This document shows, one piece after another, positions 24,453-37,476 of a stretch of 64,000 nucleotides of DNA. Position 1 is the first letter of the stretch, and each line of letters begins with the position of its first letter. A program made the position numbers and the translations under genes. The notes beneath the pieces were generated by a model. That model made no database searches. It saw only the letters and a list, made by a program, of their open reading frames with translations, and was not told the origin of the DNA. Source of the DNA: Octopus vulgaris (lineage: Eukaryota); the NCBI GenBank assembly GCA_951406725.2, contig OX597825.1, positions 42,036,001 to 42,100,000 of the forward strand. Reading direction: 5' to 3'.

Positions 24453-25575
24453 ATGTGTGTGCATACATATATTAGCTGAATTTACATGCCATTCTTAAGA
24501 GACCAATTCTAATATAAATCTGATTTCAGCTTTTTGGACAATTATATTGCACACGACTCTGCTTTTCTTTTTATATCCATATTTCTATGTTTTGTATATT
24601 TGTATTTCTCATCTACATAAATATCTCACTACAACAATTCTTCTGCTTCTATTTCTACTTCTTTGTTGCTTAGCAACTCAGGATCATATGGCAAAATTGA
24701 TCTTGCATAAGTATCTAACCTGGCAGAATCTGGACTGCTGTCCAAAATAATTCATGTTTCTGCATCTATTACTGCATATTGATTTTGGTATTTTAGTGAA
24801 AAATATCAAACTTTTGACTTTTCAATATTTTTTTCTTAAACCATTTTAATAAATACTTTAATCAGCTTTATTTGATTTTTATCAAAAAGGAAATTAATAT
24901 TGTCTTTCATTCTCATTGAATTCCTGCTTGCTTTGTGTTTGAGTAGCATATTTAAATTCCTTATACCTATACCATTTCTCTCTTGTTTCTATGTTCTGTG
25001 CCATGCTTCTTGAAAAATATGGTGACCAGACAAAAAGATATTTTTAAATCAATGATAACATCTCATTAAATTTAATAATGTTCTTGGTTGGAAGAGATAT
25101 GTAAAAAAAATATACAAGTAATAATTAAAATAAAGATGCATAAGTGAAATGTCAAAGAAATTTACATATGTCAAAATTTAACAAATTGAAGCAAGCTTAA
25201 ATCACAGGAAATTCTAATAGTAGATGAATTATAAAATGAAAACAAAACCAAAAAATTAGTTACAACAATAAATGAAATATTTTTTTGGTGCTGTAAAAAT
25301 CTTGTACATTGCTTTTCAATTAGCATGGTGACAAACTTATACATTATATTATTGCTACGCAAATGCTCATTTGTCCATTTGTTATATACATATGTTATAT
25401 ACATATGTGTGTGTATGTGTGTGTGTATGTGTGTGTGTATGTGTGTGTGTTTGTGTGTGTGTGTTTGTGTGTGTGTGAGTGTGTGTGTAAATTAAAATTC
25501 AGATGAACTAGTCATTTAAATATAGGTACAAAGCCAGTTCGGTACAGTCCGTGCAGCTTGAAGTTAGGTGAATAG

Positions 25576-25641
25576 AAAGTAAATAAGTAACAAGGATGTC
25601 CAGGTATTAATACCTGGACATCCTTGTTCCTTATTTACTTT
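25576..25641. repeat. 66-bp spacerless palindrome
   Basis: aaagtaaataagtaacaaggatgtccaggtatt|aatacctggacatccttgttccttatttacttt, one mismatch. Confidence 0.95.
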
Positions 25642-25709
25642 ATATACACACATATATATATACATATATATATATATATACACACACACAAATGTATATC
25701 AGGAAAATG

Positions 25710-25912
25710 GAAATATTTTTGGTATTATTTATTCCCCATTACACATGTTTCATTTTCTAATAAGAATCACAAAGATTTACATTTTATATAAACATGTAAG
25801 AAATTTCTAAAAAGAAATTCCTTACATGTCTAAAAATCTTTGTAAATCTTTGTAATTCTTATTAGCAAATGAAACATTTGCAAAGGAGAATAAATAATAC
25901 CAAAAAAATTTC
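25710..25912. repeat. Imperfect palindrome (~100-bp arms)
   Basis: ttttggtattatttattc...aataagaat...acatgtaag versus cttacatgt...attcttatt...gaataaataataccaaaa. Confidence 0.85.
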
Positions 25913-26359
25913 TGCTTTGTTATAACATAACTCTGCAAATAATATTTTCATAATCCTCAATATTAATGTGTATTTTGACTAAAATACTGCAGCAACTATG
26001 GATACATATTGGGTTGTAATAATGGAATAAACAAATCTGCTTCAAGAGGTAAAAGCTCAGATTTACCCCAAATACTTATATAATATATTTTAATAAATAT
26101 GTGTGTGTGGGAGGTGTAAAAAATAAGCAAAAGCAAGAAGAAACACAATGAAAGGGACAAGATTTCACAAACTGTTATTAGTCCCATGCTTGAAAAGAGA
26201 AAGGAATAAGGAAAATGGGTGTTAACATAGAGCCCTTCATGAATAAAAAGTGAAAGGTGATGGAAAGAAGGGAAAAGGAGGAAAAAATTTGAGGGACTTA
26301 AGGGCCACATTGGAATGTAGTTTTAGGAGGATGAGTGAAGAAGAGAGGAAAATGCAGGG

Positions 26360-26760
26360 TGTTCTGTGCATATAAAGGAGAGTATCTGTGTAGGGAGGTG
26401 GGCATTGCAGAGGGGTTGAGTAAGTTCAGTTTCACACAGAATTTGAGCTGGCAATTATAAGCTCCAGATAAGTATACAGGAGTCCTAACAAGGAGGCTCC
26501 AGTTGATATTAAGAAAGTTATTTCAAAAGTATCAGAATTTTTGGATGAAGTGGTATAAAGAGATGGAAATTTTCTTATCCACACACCTGCAGGAGTACAT
26601 GTGCTAACTATATTTCCCTTGAAGTCATTAGCTATCATGTTCATATAATGTCTTGTGATATCATCAGATGGTATGACAGTGGCTCTATAGATTATAGCCT
26701 TTGATAAGGAGGATCCTCTCAATGGGTTATTGGTAGGATTCCATCTGTTACAGATTGAAG
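26360..26760 (-). mobile_element. Penelope-like GIY-YIG remnant
   Basis: CNRWNPTNNPLRGSSLSKAIIYRATV...HYMNM...; NINWSLLVRTPVYLSGAYNCQL (CNC..CPL.G.CL...IY.ATV / I.W.I....Y..G...C.L). Confidence 0.7.
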
Positions 26761-26964
26761 TGTAAAGTGACGACTGTGTAAGCTGTATCTGCTTCTATTG
26801 TAGTGTACAGTGCTGGAATGGCTGCTGATGTGGATATACTACTTGAAGACATGTTGGCTAACCCTTGACTCTGTCTCCAAACATTTGATGAGGTAGGTGA
26901 GTCCCATACCCACAATACTAAGTAATTTAAAGTTAAGCCAAAATTATTAAATATAAACACAAGT

Positions 26965-27300
26965 GTCTTCTGTTATAGACCTGGAAACACCAAAACCTTG
27001 TGAATGAATTTGGTAGATGGAAACTGAAAGAAGCCTATTACAGTGTGTGTGTGTGAGACTGTGTGCACATGCATGCATTTGTTTATCCCCCATGATTGTT
27101 TAGCAGTCCATATTGGTTTCTGTACATCCTTATAACTTAATGTTTCAGCAAAAAAAAGATGAATAAACTAAATGCTAGGCTTTAAAAAAAATGTATGTAT
27201 GTACTGGGATTGATTAGTTTGATTAAACCCTTTAAGGTGGTACTCCAGCATGGCTGCAGTCTAAAGACTGGAATAAGTAGACGAATAATAGAATAAAAGT
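26965..27300 (+). mobile_element. SINE family A, 5'-truncated and diverged
   Basis: ccttgtgaatgaatttggtagatggaaactgaaagaagcc...ctccagcatggctgcagtc... Confidence 0.75.
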
Positions 27301-27587
27301 GTGTGTGTGTGTGTGTGTTTTGTGTGTGTGTCCCCACACACACATATTTACAATCTAAACAGCAAGTGTCATATATATGTATTTAGAGACATATCCATAT
27401 TGTTAATAAACATGTATTTAATCTGATTAAAATACATTATATGGATAAACCTCAGAATTTATGTCAGACTGGTATACTGATTTAACAGTTCTCTTTCTTT
27501 TAACTTTTGGATTTTTGAAAGAAAATAATGAAAAATTTCATAAAAGTGCAAACAAGATTATAGCAAGTATACCAAAGTTTAAATACA

Positions 27588-27914
27588 AAAACAATTGCAG
27601 CGCGGAAGGTGTTTATAAGCCATTTAAGAAACAGACAAAAACCTTGAACATTTAAATTTAATTTGCCAAAATATTTTTGTCTCTTTGAGACCATGACTGA
27701 CAAAATTCCATGCAGCACGGAATTTTGTCAGTGAACAGGTTGCGGTCACAAAGTGACGAAAATATTTTGGCAAATTAAATTTAAATGTTGAAGTGAATCT
27801 AAGGGTTTTTGTGTGTTTCTTAAATGGCTTATAAACACCTTCCATGCTGCGATTGTTTTCGTTCCAGCACACGATCTCAGATCAGGTCACTTGCTATGCA
27901 AGTACATCTCTGTA
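27588..27914. mobile_element. Fold-back non-autonomous PLE-like element (arms 27588-27709 / 27719-27859)
   Basis: ggaaggtgtttataagccatttaagaaac / gtttcttaaatggcttataaacaccttcc; centre ggaattttgtcag; contains an HHR. Confidence 0.8.
27724..27774 (+). ncRNA. Minimal hammerhead ribozyme, G3:C8 core variant
   Basis: tttgtca-GUGAACA-g-gttgc(ggtcacaaa)gtgac-GAAA-atattt-tggcaaa; stems I and II pair with G-U wobbles; aatatt palindromic stem III. Confidence 0.65.
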
Positions 27915-28649
27915 AAAGGTTTTAATAGGCTGATAGTAAGTATAAGTCTCTAAAATTCAATAATATAAATATGATACTGTACTCATCGGTGTAACAATAC
28001 ATGAGTAGAGCTACAGCTTTTTCTTCTTACTGATGGTCTTCAATCTCCATACTGGATGATGACATTTGAATAGAGATGTTGCCCTCTTCTGAATTACCCT
28101 TGTTGGAAAAAGAACTTTCATAATATGTAAGCTTATTGATATCCCTAATTTCATTTTGTTTGAGATTGACAAGTTGTGCTTAGGCTCCACCAGTTGACAT
28201 AATTTTGATCTTTACAGCACTAATCCACAAACTTGTTTTCACCCTAAACTGTACAGTTGCCTATGCCTGTGAAACCAGGAAGAAGACAGCAAAGATCTTT
28301 TAATTGCTGAATATGTTCCACTGGCACTGCCTACATTCAGTCCTGGGCATCTTTTACTGGGACAGCGACAGAGTGAGAACCAAAGAAGTTATGAGATGAG
28401 CTGGCAAAGGAAGTTTGCAGTACATGGCAATCAAACATGCTTCAATTAACACAGGGGAGACATGCTGCCATTGTGACAGAGCAGATGCTGGAAGGAGAAC
28501 AAAGACCAAGAGAGAGACCAGGGAAGAAGTGGTGCATTATGGTCCAGGAAGCTAAGAAAACACATAAGCATGCATACATGTATGCACATACATATGAATA
28601 TATATATATGCGTGTGTGTGCTGTGTGTGCATCTGTGTGTGTGCATAGA

Positions 28650-28817
28650 GGTGTAGCTGTGTGGTAAGAAATTTGCCTCCCAACCGCATGCATCTAGGCT
28701 CAATCCCACAGTGTAGCATGCATGGTGTCTTCTACTATAACCCCAAGCCAACCAAAGCCATGCAAGCAAATTTTGTTGTCAGAAACTGAAAGAAGCCTGT
28801 TGTATATGTATAAATGT

Positions 28818-28860
<43 letters not shown>

Positions 28861-29103
28861 GTGTGCATGCATGCATGTGTGTTACTGTTTCTTTGATCTG
28901 ACATCACATGATAGCTGATATCATGGAAGCAATGTCCTTCATATCAAATCTTCAATGAAAACGTGTAGTCACTGGAAATATTAACTTACTTAGAAACATG
29001 TGAGGGTTGGTAACAGGAAGAGTATCAAACTCTAGAAAATCTGCCTCATTAAATATCCATCTAAACCCATGTGAGCATGGAACATTAAGATGATGATGAT
29101 GAT
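28650..29103 (+). mobile_element. SINE with family A head and RTE-type 3' tail
   Basis: gtgtagctgtgtggtaag head; ends caggaagagtatcaaactctagaaa...aacccatgtgagcatggaacattaagatgatgatgat, like the RTE tail. Confidence 0.7.
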
Positions 29104-29109
29104 TTTAAA

Positions 29110-29153
<44 letters not shown>

Positions 29154-29299
29154 AAGCATATAGGAATAAATTATCCAGGCAGGCACCATACTAGCACTCA
29201 GTTATAATACCGGTTCTGGTTACTGCATTGAGTACTAGGAAGCACCTATGATTGCTTAAGGTTGAGAAATCCCACTGTAATTCATCTGGTGGGTAAATC

Positions 29300-30250
29300 C
29301 TGGGTTCACCTCACTGGATTATGAATATTTTCGGGAGTGTAAATCTAAGACAATTACAAAGAATACTAAGACTGGTACATCTTCAAATTTTCCTTTTATT
29401 TATATGTATATATATATATAAAAACACTATCCCAACGAGGGTGTCAGCTAGAATATCTCTGTTGTCAACTAACAGGGACATATTTAATAGGCATATAGGT
29501 TACTATATTTTAGCAATGAGTGAGGCTGGCTATAAATGGAAAAATCAAATACACACATACGGACGACTCAGAAACTGAAAAAGATATAACCTCACATATA
29601 GAACCTAAGTTAGGTACAAGCAGGAGGGGTAATTGTAGAGTCACAACAAATGATAATTTGAGTAGTTGCAAGTGAAAATCAAATGCAAAAAATAATCATA
29701 CAGTAGAACCACCAGAAGGTGAGATACTCCTAATATGTAGCAAAAACAACAAGAATGTGAAACCGTGATAAACTAGAGGAAGGAACTCTTGATCTACTTG
29801 TAGGCAAACAAGAAATACAACTCACCTCTTAATGATGGCCAGAGTAAGATGAGGTGGATACTCAAATTAGATACTAGAGCTAATGACCGAGATGGGAGGG
29901 TGTGTAGGTATGATAACAAAAATCATAATATACATAAACTGAATAATGCAGGAAAGATTAAGTGAAAGATAGAGCACAACATGAATAGAAAAAAGAAACA
30001 TAGAGAAGCTATATGGTTTAATGTTCCATTTGGTGTCCAAATAGATACAAATATTCCAAGGAAATTTTTTGCAGGAATTAGGGATAAGGTGAAAACATAT
30101 TTTTAATAAATCATTTAGCAGGTTCCCTAGTTAACTTAAATAATATAGTGAGAGATATAGCTTGAGATGGGTATAACGACAAGGCAATAAATGGGAATTA
30201 CCTAATTGTTTTATGCAAATGTTTATAGGTCTTCTACTGATTTTATTTAG
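29300..30250 (+). mobile_element. Decayed Penelope-like RT thumb/linker
   Basis: TIPTRVSARISLLSTNRDIFN...Y..AMSEAGY; IWFNVPFGVQIDTNIPRKF (WFNPPF motif). Confidence 0.7.
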
Positions 30251-30450
30251 CTTCAGTTTGCTATCCTTTAGAGATTCAATTTCTTTTACCTTGGTCACAT
30301 TTTATATATTATATTTTGAAGTACGTTAATATGCTTATGTATGTGTATGTATGCGCTTTTGTGCCTGAGTGTGTATGTATATGTATATATTTATGTATAT
30401 ATATTTCCGTCTTTCATTTGCCATATAATATGTGTGTGTGTGTGTGTGTC

Positions 30451-32684
30451 ATAATCATCATCATCATCGTTTAACGTCTGCTTTCCATGCTAGCATGGGT
30501 TGGATGATTTTGACTGAGGGCTGGCGAACCAGATGGCTGCACCAGGCTCCAATCTTGATCTGGCAGAGTTTCTACAGCTGGATGCCCTTCCTAACGCCAA
30601 CCACTCCAAAAGTGTAGTGGGTGCTTTTTACGTGCCACCGGCACAGGGGCCAATCAGGCGATACTGGCAATGACCTCGCTCGAATATTTTTACACATGCC
30701 ACCGGCACAGGTGCCAGTAAGGCAACGCTGGTAACGATCACATATGGATGGTGCCTTTTATGTGCCACTAGCATGGAAGCCAGTTAGTCACTCTGTCAAC
30801 GATCACACTCATATGGTGCTCTTTGCACCCCGCTAGCACGGATGCCAGTCATCGAATGTGATTTTGATTTTGATTTTGATTTCACTTGCCTCAACAGTTC
30901 TTCGCAAGCACAGTTTAGTTTCCAAAGAAGGAAAAGGTACACATAAGTGGGCTGGTTACACTCCTGGCATAGGCTACGGGATATGGTCTTATTTGGCTTG
31001 CCGGGTCTTCTCAAGCATAGCATATTTCCAAAAGTCCCGGTCACTAGTCATTTCCTTGGTGAGGCCTAATGTTCGAAGGCCGTGCTTCACCACTTCATCC
31101 CAGGTCTTCCTGGGTCTACCTCTTCCACAGGTTCCCTCAAACACTAGGGTGTGGCACTTTTTCACACAGCTATCCTCATCCATTCTTGCCACATGACCAT
31201 ACCAGCGCAGTCGTCTCTCTTGTACACCACATCTGATGCTTCTTACGTCCAACTTTTCTCTCAAGGTATTAACACTCTGTCGAGTATGCACACTGACATT
31301 ACACACCCATCGGAGAATACTGGCTTCATTCCTTGCAAGCTTACACATGTCCTCAGCAGTCACAGCCCATGTAGCATGGCTGTTCGTACACAAGCGTCAT
31401 ACAGTCTACCTTTTACTCTGAGCGAGAGGCCCTTAGTCCCCAGCAGAGGTAAGAGCTCTCTGAACTTTGCCCAAGCTATTCATATTCTAGCAGCTACACT
31501 TCCAGCGCACCCTCCTCCACTAGTGATTTGGTCACCTAGGTAACGGAAGCTACCAACTACTTCTAGTTTTTCTCCCTGGAATGTGGCGGAAGTTGTTCTC
31601 TATGCATTTTCGGTGTTTATTGCCAGGAGGACTATAATAAATAGGAGGGAGCTGAAGACTGAAACTTGGTGGACCCCTACCTCTACCCTGAATTCTTCAG
31701 TGTACTCATTGCCAACCCTCACCTTACTGACAGCATTCCTGTACATGGCTTGCACAGCTCTCACTAACCATCCATTTATCCCTTGTTTCCTCATTGACCA
31801 CCAGATAAGGAATCGGGGGACCCTGTCAAAGGCTTTCTCCATGTCAACAATAGCCAGGTACAGGGGCTTATCTTTGGCTAGGTATTTCTGCTGCAGCTGT
31901 CTTACAGGAAATATGGCATCAGTGGTGCTTTTCCCTGGCACAAACCCAAACTGCATCTCATCCAAGCTGACTCTCTCCCTAATCAGTTGGGCTATGACCC
32001 TCTCCGTAACCTTCATTACCTGATCCAACAGCTTGATGCCTGAGTAATTATCTGCATCTAAAGCGTCACCTTTACTTTTGTAGCAGTTGACTATTATGCT
32101 GCTACACCAGTCATTGGGTATGACTCTTTCGTGTATCACCTGGTTAACTATATGGGTGACTAGGCTATAGCCGACACTGCCAGATATTTTGAGCATCTCT
32201 GCAGTAATTCCTGATGGGCCGGGGGCTTTCCCTGTCTTCATACTTCTAATTGCCTTATCTACCAAGGTACTGTCAACTTGGATAGCTGGTCCCTCTGTTG
32301 GGTCAACATTCGGCAGACTCTCTTTCTCCCATTCATTTCCTTTATTCAGCAACCTTTCATAGTGGCGTCTCCAAACCTCCCTCTTTGCATCCTGATTTAG
32401 CGCAAGTGAACCATCATCCATGCGAACACATTTCTCTCCTATAACATCACGATTCTCCCTCACACACTGTCTTGCAACAGGAAATACCTCAAGTCTTATG
32501 TCCTCATGGCGCAGAACATTGGCAAATTTTTTCTTATCTGCTTCCCCTAAATAAACCTGCCTCCTAGCTTCCCTTCTGGCACTCTGATACAATTCCCTGC
32601 TACCACCGTTCTTCCAGTCCTTCCAAGCCTGTTTCTTTTGTCCAATAGCCCTGTCAACAACATTGTTCCACCACCACGTTATTT
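30451..32684 (-). mobile_element. RTE family A copy, 5'-truncated, with 354-bp internal deletion
   Basis: ORF 31600-32799 is nearly identical to 51.6-52.7 kb (KAPGPSGI, MQFGF, DMEKAFDRV); (cat)n tail at 30451. Confidence 0.95.
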
Positions 32685-32886
32685 TGTGTGTATGGATAAT
32701 ATATATATATATATATTTGTCTATGTGTACATATATTAATGCATGTGTATGTATATGTCTTTGTATATGTTTGTGCGTTTTTTGAGTGTGTGTATGCATG
32801 TATGCATATGAATATAAATACGTTACATTTTATAGGACTTTATATTTCTGTTAACATTTCTATTTGATGAGTTTGTTATTTATATC

Positions 32887-32970
32887 CTTCCTGATAAGAT
32901 TGATGCATTGCTGACCATAATTTATCCCATCGGCATTTTTGGAGTGCATCTGGCGAAACGTATGTAGAAG
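32887..32970 (+). ncRNA. Degenerate hammerhead ribozyme with long stem II
   Basis: cttc-CUGAUAA-gattgatgca...tgcatctggc-GAAA-cgtatGUA-gaag; G8 changed to A. Confidence 0.5.
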
Positions 32971-33931
32971 ACTTCAAGATATGGTTTAACAACATCCTGA
33001 GTGTTCGCCTCCTTGTTCAAATGTGGCAATACAAAATTCCTACTACTACAACTACAAATACTGCTACTTCTCCTAAGTACAACTCCCTCAGTTTTTCCCC
33101 CCTTGTAACCTGCCTTCACTTATTCTACTTAAACATCCCAATCTTACCCCAACGTCCTCATGCAATAGCCATTCTTCAAATGCTCTGCTTGTTATTTCCA
33201 GCAATGACTGACGAAAGTAGCATTAATTTTCTTAGGTTGTTCAAATTTACCTCAGTTGATCAATAGGCCATTTGAGTAAGCCTACCAGGAATGTAACTAT
33301 AATGACAACTGGAAACATTTGTAAGCCAAATTTGCTCTAGTAAAGGAATTATAAGTACTGGTCGTTATTTTTAACTTTTTCCTGATATATATGTTATATA
33401 TATATGCACCTACATACATACATGCGTTTGTAAGCTTTGTACACATTACTTTTATATTATAAGTAAAAAAATACTCTAACACACTAAGAATTATTCAGAC
33501 TCTCATAGTTTCCTGTTACTAGGCTATTTTCCTCACAGCAGTTGTAAAAATGTTTTTGGCAATATGTGTTATTACCATTATCTATAATCCAAAACAACAT
33601 TAACAGCTAAAAATTACTCACACAAATACAAGAAACCTGTCGTATATGTATAAATGTAGTTTGTGTGTATGTGTGTCTCATTTCTATTATACAAAAGTGT
33701 TGTAAGTCCAAAATGTTGCTTTTTCAGAAAATGAAAAAATAGTTTCACCATTCCATAGCAAAAACATTGTACTACACTTTGACAATTTTTGATATCTTGA
33801 CATCTGAAGAAGTTGGAGATATGATAGTTTGACCAAAAGAACCAACCATTGCAAACAAAATAAATATTGACAAAGCTGCATTTGGCAAAATTTGAACATA
33901 CGATAGCTTACCATATTACCAATGATATATA

Positions 33932-34552
33932 TATTAGGTTGTTCTGAAAATAATGGCCAATTTCAGAAACAATTTTATTCTGGAAAAATTAAAGATAAAG
34001 ATGTTTTGATTAGTCAAAGTATGAGCCCAGTTTTCTGACTTTTCTGATGGCATGCAGGTGTCAATGAATGGTTGAATGACCCAATCTACGCTTCTCTGCT
34101 AATTCCTTAACAGCTATGATAGGAATTTGTTCCACTAGCATTTGTAGGATGTCCTCGTCAAGCTCTACAGATCTTTCAGGATGAGGCTTGTCTTCTAGGC
34201 TGTAGTTTCCGGCTCAAAATTTCTGGAACCACAGCTGACACAGGCTTACGCTTATTGTCCAATTCCCATTGACTGCATTAATATTCCTTGCACTTTACAT
34301 TGCATTGTTTCCTTTACTGATATCATGAAGTAAAGTATGCTGAGTATGCTTCTTTGTTGCTTCCATTATAGCTTTGAAAAGATAACTGTTAAAATCGAAA
34401 TGCACTCTTCAAAATTTGCTCTAAGAATAAGTACAAGGTAAAATTACTACCTGCCATTATAGCAAATTGATGCAGGTAGTTTATCTCGTCCTTCTCCAAC
34501 TTCTAGTTCATGCAATTGAAAAAAGTCACATTATTTATGGGCTGACCCAATA
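33932..34552 (-). mobile_element. Internally deleted mariner with both TIRs
   Basis: tattaggttgttctgaaaataatg / cattatttatgggctgacccaata; minus strand MEATKKHTQHTLLHDISKGNNA..SARNINAV...WFQKF.AGNYSLEDKP. Confidence 0.85.
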
Positions 34553-34554
34553 TA

Positions 34555-34860
34555 CACAGACACGACAGGAGTAAGTAAGACCCCATAAAACATTTTATGT
34601 TCATTCTAACTTGTAATGAACAAAATCTTTTATTAATTGGGATTTTTATGTTTCAGGTTCTGTATGTGACTGTTTAATCATGCCATGTGCAAAAGAAGCC
34701 TTGGAACTGTTTGAATTTCAAAGAGGCAGTACTGTGGCTGGAAATAGTGCAAAATCACAGAAAACCTTGGGATCCCACTTTCTACAGTTAATAGAGTGAT
34801 TGTGCAATTTGCCAGAGAGAGAAAGGAGTCGACATCACCTCACTCAGGTTGACCACGTGT
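34555..34860 (+). mobile_element. Tc1-like 5' fragment
   Basis: MPCAKE..LFEFQRG...[27 protein letters not shown] (HTH followed by SGRP-like motif). Confidence 0.65.
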
Positions 34861-34999
34861 TATTTTAGCTTTTAATAAAACATAAGACTGATCAAAATAC
34901 CAAGATGAAAGAAAAATTAAATGTAAACATAAACTGAATTGCCTATTTAATAAGATGAGATAACGTTTGATTCTTTATAAAATAAATAAAACCCTAATT

Positions 35000-35990
35000 T
35001 TAAATCAAATAAAATTTAATCACAGTACTTAGATATAATGTATAATCATATTTTAATATTTAGTATAACTAGAATATATCTACTTATTTATATATAAATG
35101 TAAGATAATATTTAATTAACTTCTAATTTCAGATAATTTAGTTTCTTAATAAAAACTTATAGCATAATATTAGATGGTATTATTCTAATTTTTAATCTTA
35201 ATTTAGAAACTCAAGTTTAAGAATAACGTCAATTTTAAGAATAATAGTATAATCAATATATATTAATTGTATTATAATTATAAAGATAATAAAAGAATTA
35301 GAATTTTACTGATTTTTACTAATTTTTACTGACTTTTACTTATTTAAAAATATTTTTAAATATTTTAAAATCTTATGTTGAGTAATTTAGTTTACCTATT
35401 TACCGGCCTAGAAATTTATTATTTATCACAGTTAACATATAAATAAAATAAATTAACCAGAAAAAAAGACTATTCCCATGACTATCTCCTCCATAAAGTA
35501 GCTCTCAATGTTGGATATACGATTGCTGGTAGCCATGTTTAATTCATGGAGAGAAAATTACCATACAGATAAGTTAACATTTCTTTTTACTAACATTTCT
35601 TTTTCTTACTTTTATTCGATATTTCTGTTCCTTATTTACTAAAGTAAAATTATTCCAATAACTTCTAGTTATATGATTTTAGTTTGTCATGTCTTAATAT
35701 AGGATGTAAATAGCAAAAGAAGAGTATATAAAATAGACCTGAATATTGGCAATATAATCGTATTAGTATGGTATTGTATAGAGACATTCTATTTCTGCAA
35801 TATCGAGGAATATATTGTCATGAAACGCGCGCAGTCTAGTTAATGTAAAGTATATGATTTCTAATGAGAATTGAAGGTATTAATATCGATTATTTGGAAT
35901 AAGAATAGTAGGTATCAATTTTGATAATTTTAATATTTAGACCTCTATGTACATATTGTGGATAATATCATTCAATGATGATTGAGTTGC
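35000..35990 (-). mobile_element. Possible heavily decayed Penelope-like RT C-terminal region
   Basis: Faint colinear motifs GLNIKI, ILYIN, YIPRYCRNRMS, VW.FSLHELNMAT in very AT-rich DNA. Confidence 0.35.
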
Positions 35991-35991
35991 T

Positions 35992-36315
35992 TAATACTGA
36001 AATAGTGAAGAAGATATGATATTGCTATGGGCTCTCCCTAGTTGAACAAATTTTTTTGCCCAGGAAACTACATGGACCCTAAGTAAAGCATGTGTAAAAT
36101 TTGAATGAAATTGGTTGTGTAGTTCTCAAGTTTTAGGGAATCATAGGGGAGAATATATGATATTGCTGTGGGCTCACCCTAGGCAAAAAGTTAAAAATTT
36201 TTTTGCTGGTGACACTCCTTGGACCCTAAGTAAGGCATGTGTAAAATTGGAACGAAATTGGTTGTGTAGTTCTCAAGTTTTAGGAAACACACAAACAGAC
36301 AGACACACATTTTCA

Positions 36316-36330
<15 letters not shown>
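35992..36330 (-). mobile_element. Helitron family H1 5'-end fragment with ~140-bp tandem duplication
   Basis: Matches 51300-51505; the block atatgatattgct...ctcaagttttagg occurs twice (about 36015 and 36154). Confidence 0.8.
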
Positions 36331-36364
<34 letters not shown>

Positions 36365-36433
36365 AAAATGAATGACAAAGGAATAAACAATTGTTTTATA
36401 CATATAAGTGTGTGTGTGTGTATACATATGCAT

Positions 36434-37010
36434 ATCATCATCATCATCTTTTAATGTCCGCTTTCCATGTTGGTATGGGTTGGACCGTTTGATTTAGGAC
36501 TGGTAAGCCAGGAGGCTACACCAGGCTCCAATCTGATCTGGCAAGGTTCTACTGCTGGATGCCCTTCTTAATGCCAACCACTCTGAGAGTGTAGTGGGTG
36601 CTTTTTATATGCCACTAGCATGGGGTTCAGTCAGTCCGCAATGGTATCATCACACTCAAATGGTGCTTTTTATGTGCCATTGGCACAGTTGCCATTCTAG
36701 AGCCATTGGCATCGGCCATGTCAATTATTTCACTTGACTCAACAGGTCTTCTCAAGCACAACATATTGCCTGGCGATTGAAGGTTTCTTTTAAATGGGAG
36801 GTTATGCGACACTGGCATTGACCATAGCTACAATCTCACTTGGCTTGATGGGTCTTCTCAAGTACAGTATAACTTCAAAGATCTTGGTCACTTACCATTT
36901 TCTCTGTGAGGCCCAACGTTTGAAGGTCGTGCTTCCCCACCTCATCCCAAGTCTTCCTGGGTCTACCTCTTCCACAGGTTCCTTCCACTGTTTGGGTGTG
37001 ACACTTCTTC
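36434..37010 (-). mobile_element. RTE family A 3' fragment
   Basis: KKCHTQTVEGTCGRGRPRKTWDEV; (atc)n tail. Confidence 0.9.
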
Positions 37011-37476
37011 AACATCAAGTGTGCCCACTCTGAGGGTGTGGAAGGTGTCAGCTGGCAAGAACCTGAGATGGAGACAGCAGCATTATTCATTTGAAAAGAA
37101 GGCACACATTTGGCAGATCTTGTAAATATACAATAGCCTTCAACCTGCATATGTGTGTGTGTGTATATATATATAGATGTGTACCTAAGAAATTCGTTTG
37201 GAAATCTTATAATCTAGAGGTGACAACAGGAAGGGCATCCACCTGTCTGATCCATGAGAGCATGTAAAAGTGGATGTTTCATATATCTTAAAAACACCAG
37301 AGGACAAGATGTAGGAACCTAAAACTATTCTGGGAAATGTTAGAAGAATAAAAAAGATAATGTTGGTTTTAGATTCATTCAAATATAAAAGAATATCTAC
37401 CTCTTTAGCTTCCAACTTTCTCTAATGAAGAAAATTCTATATGAAACTTTCTACATTTACTATAAAATATAATAAA

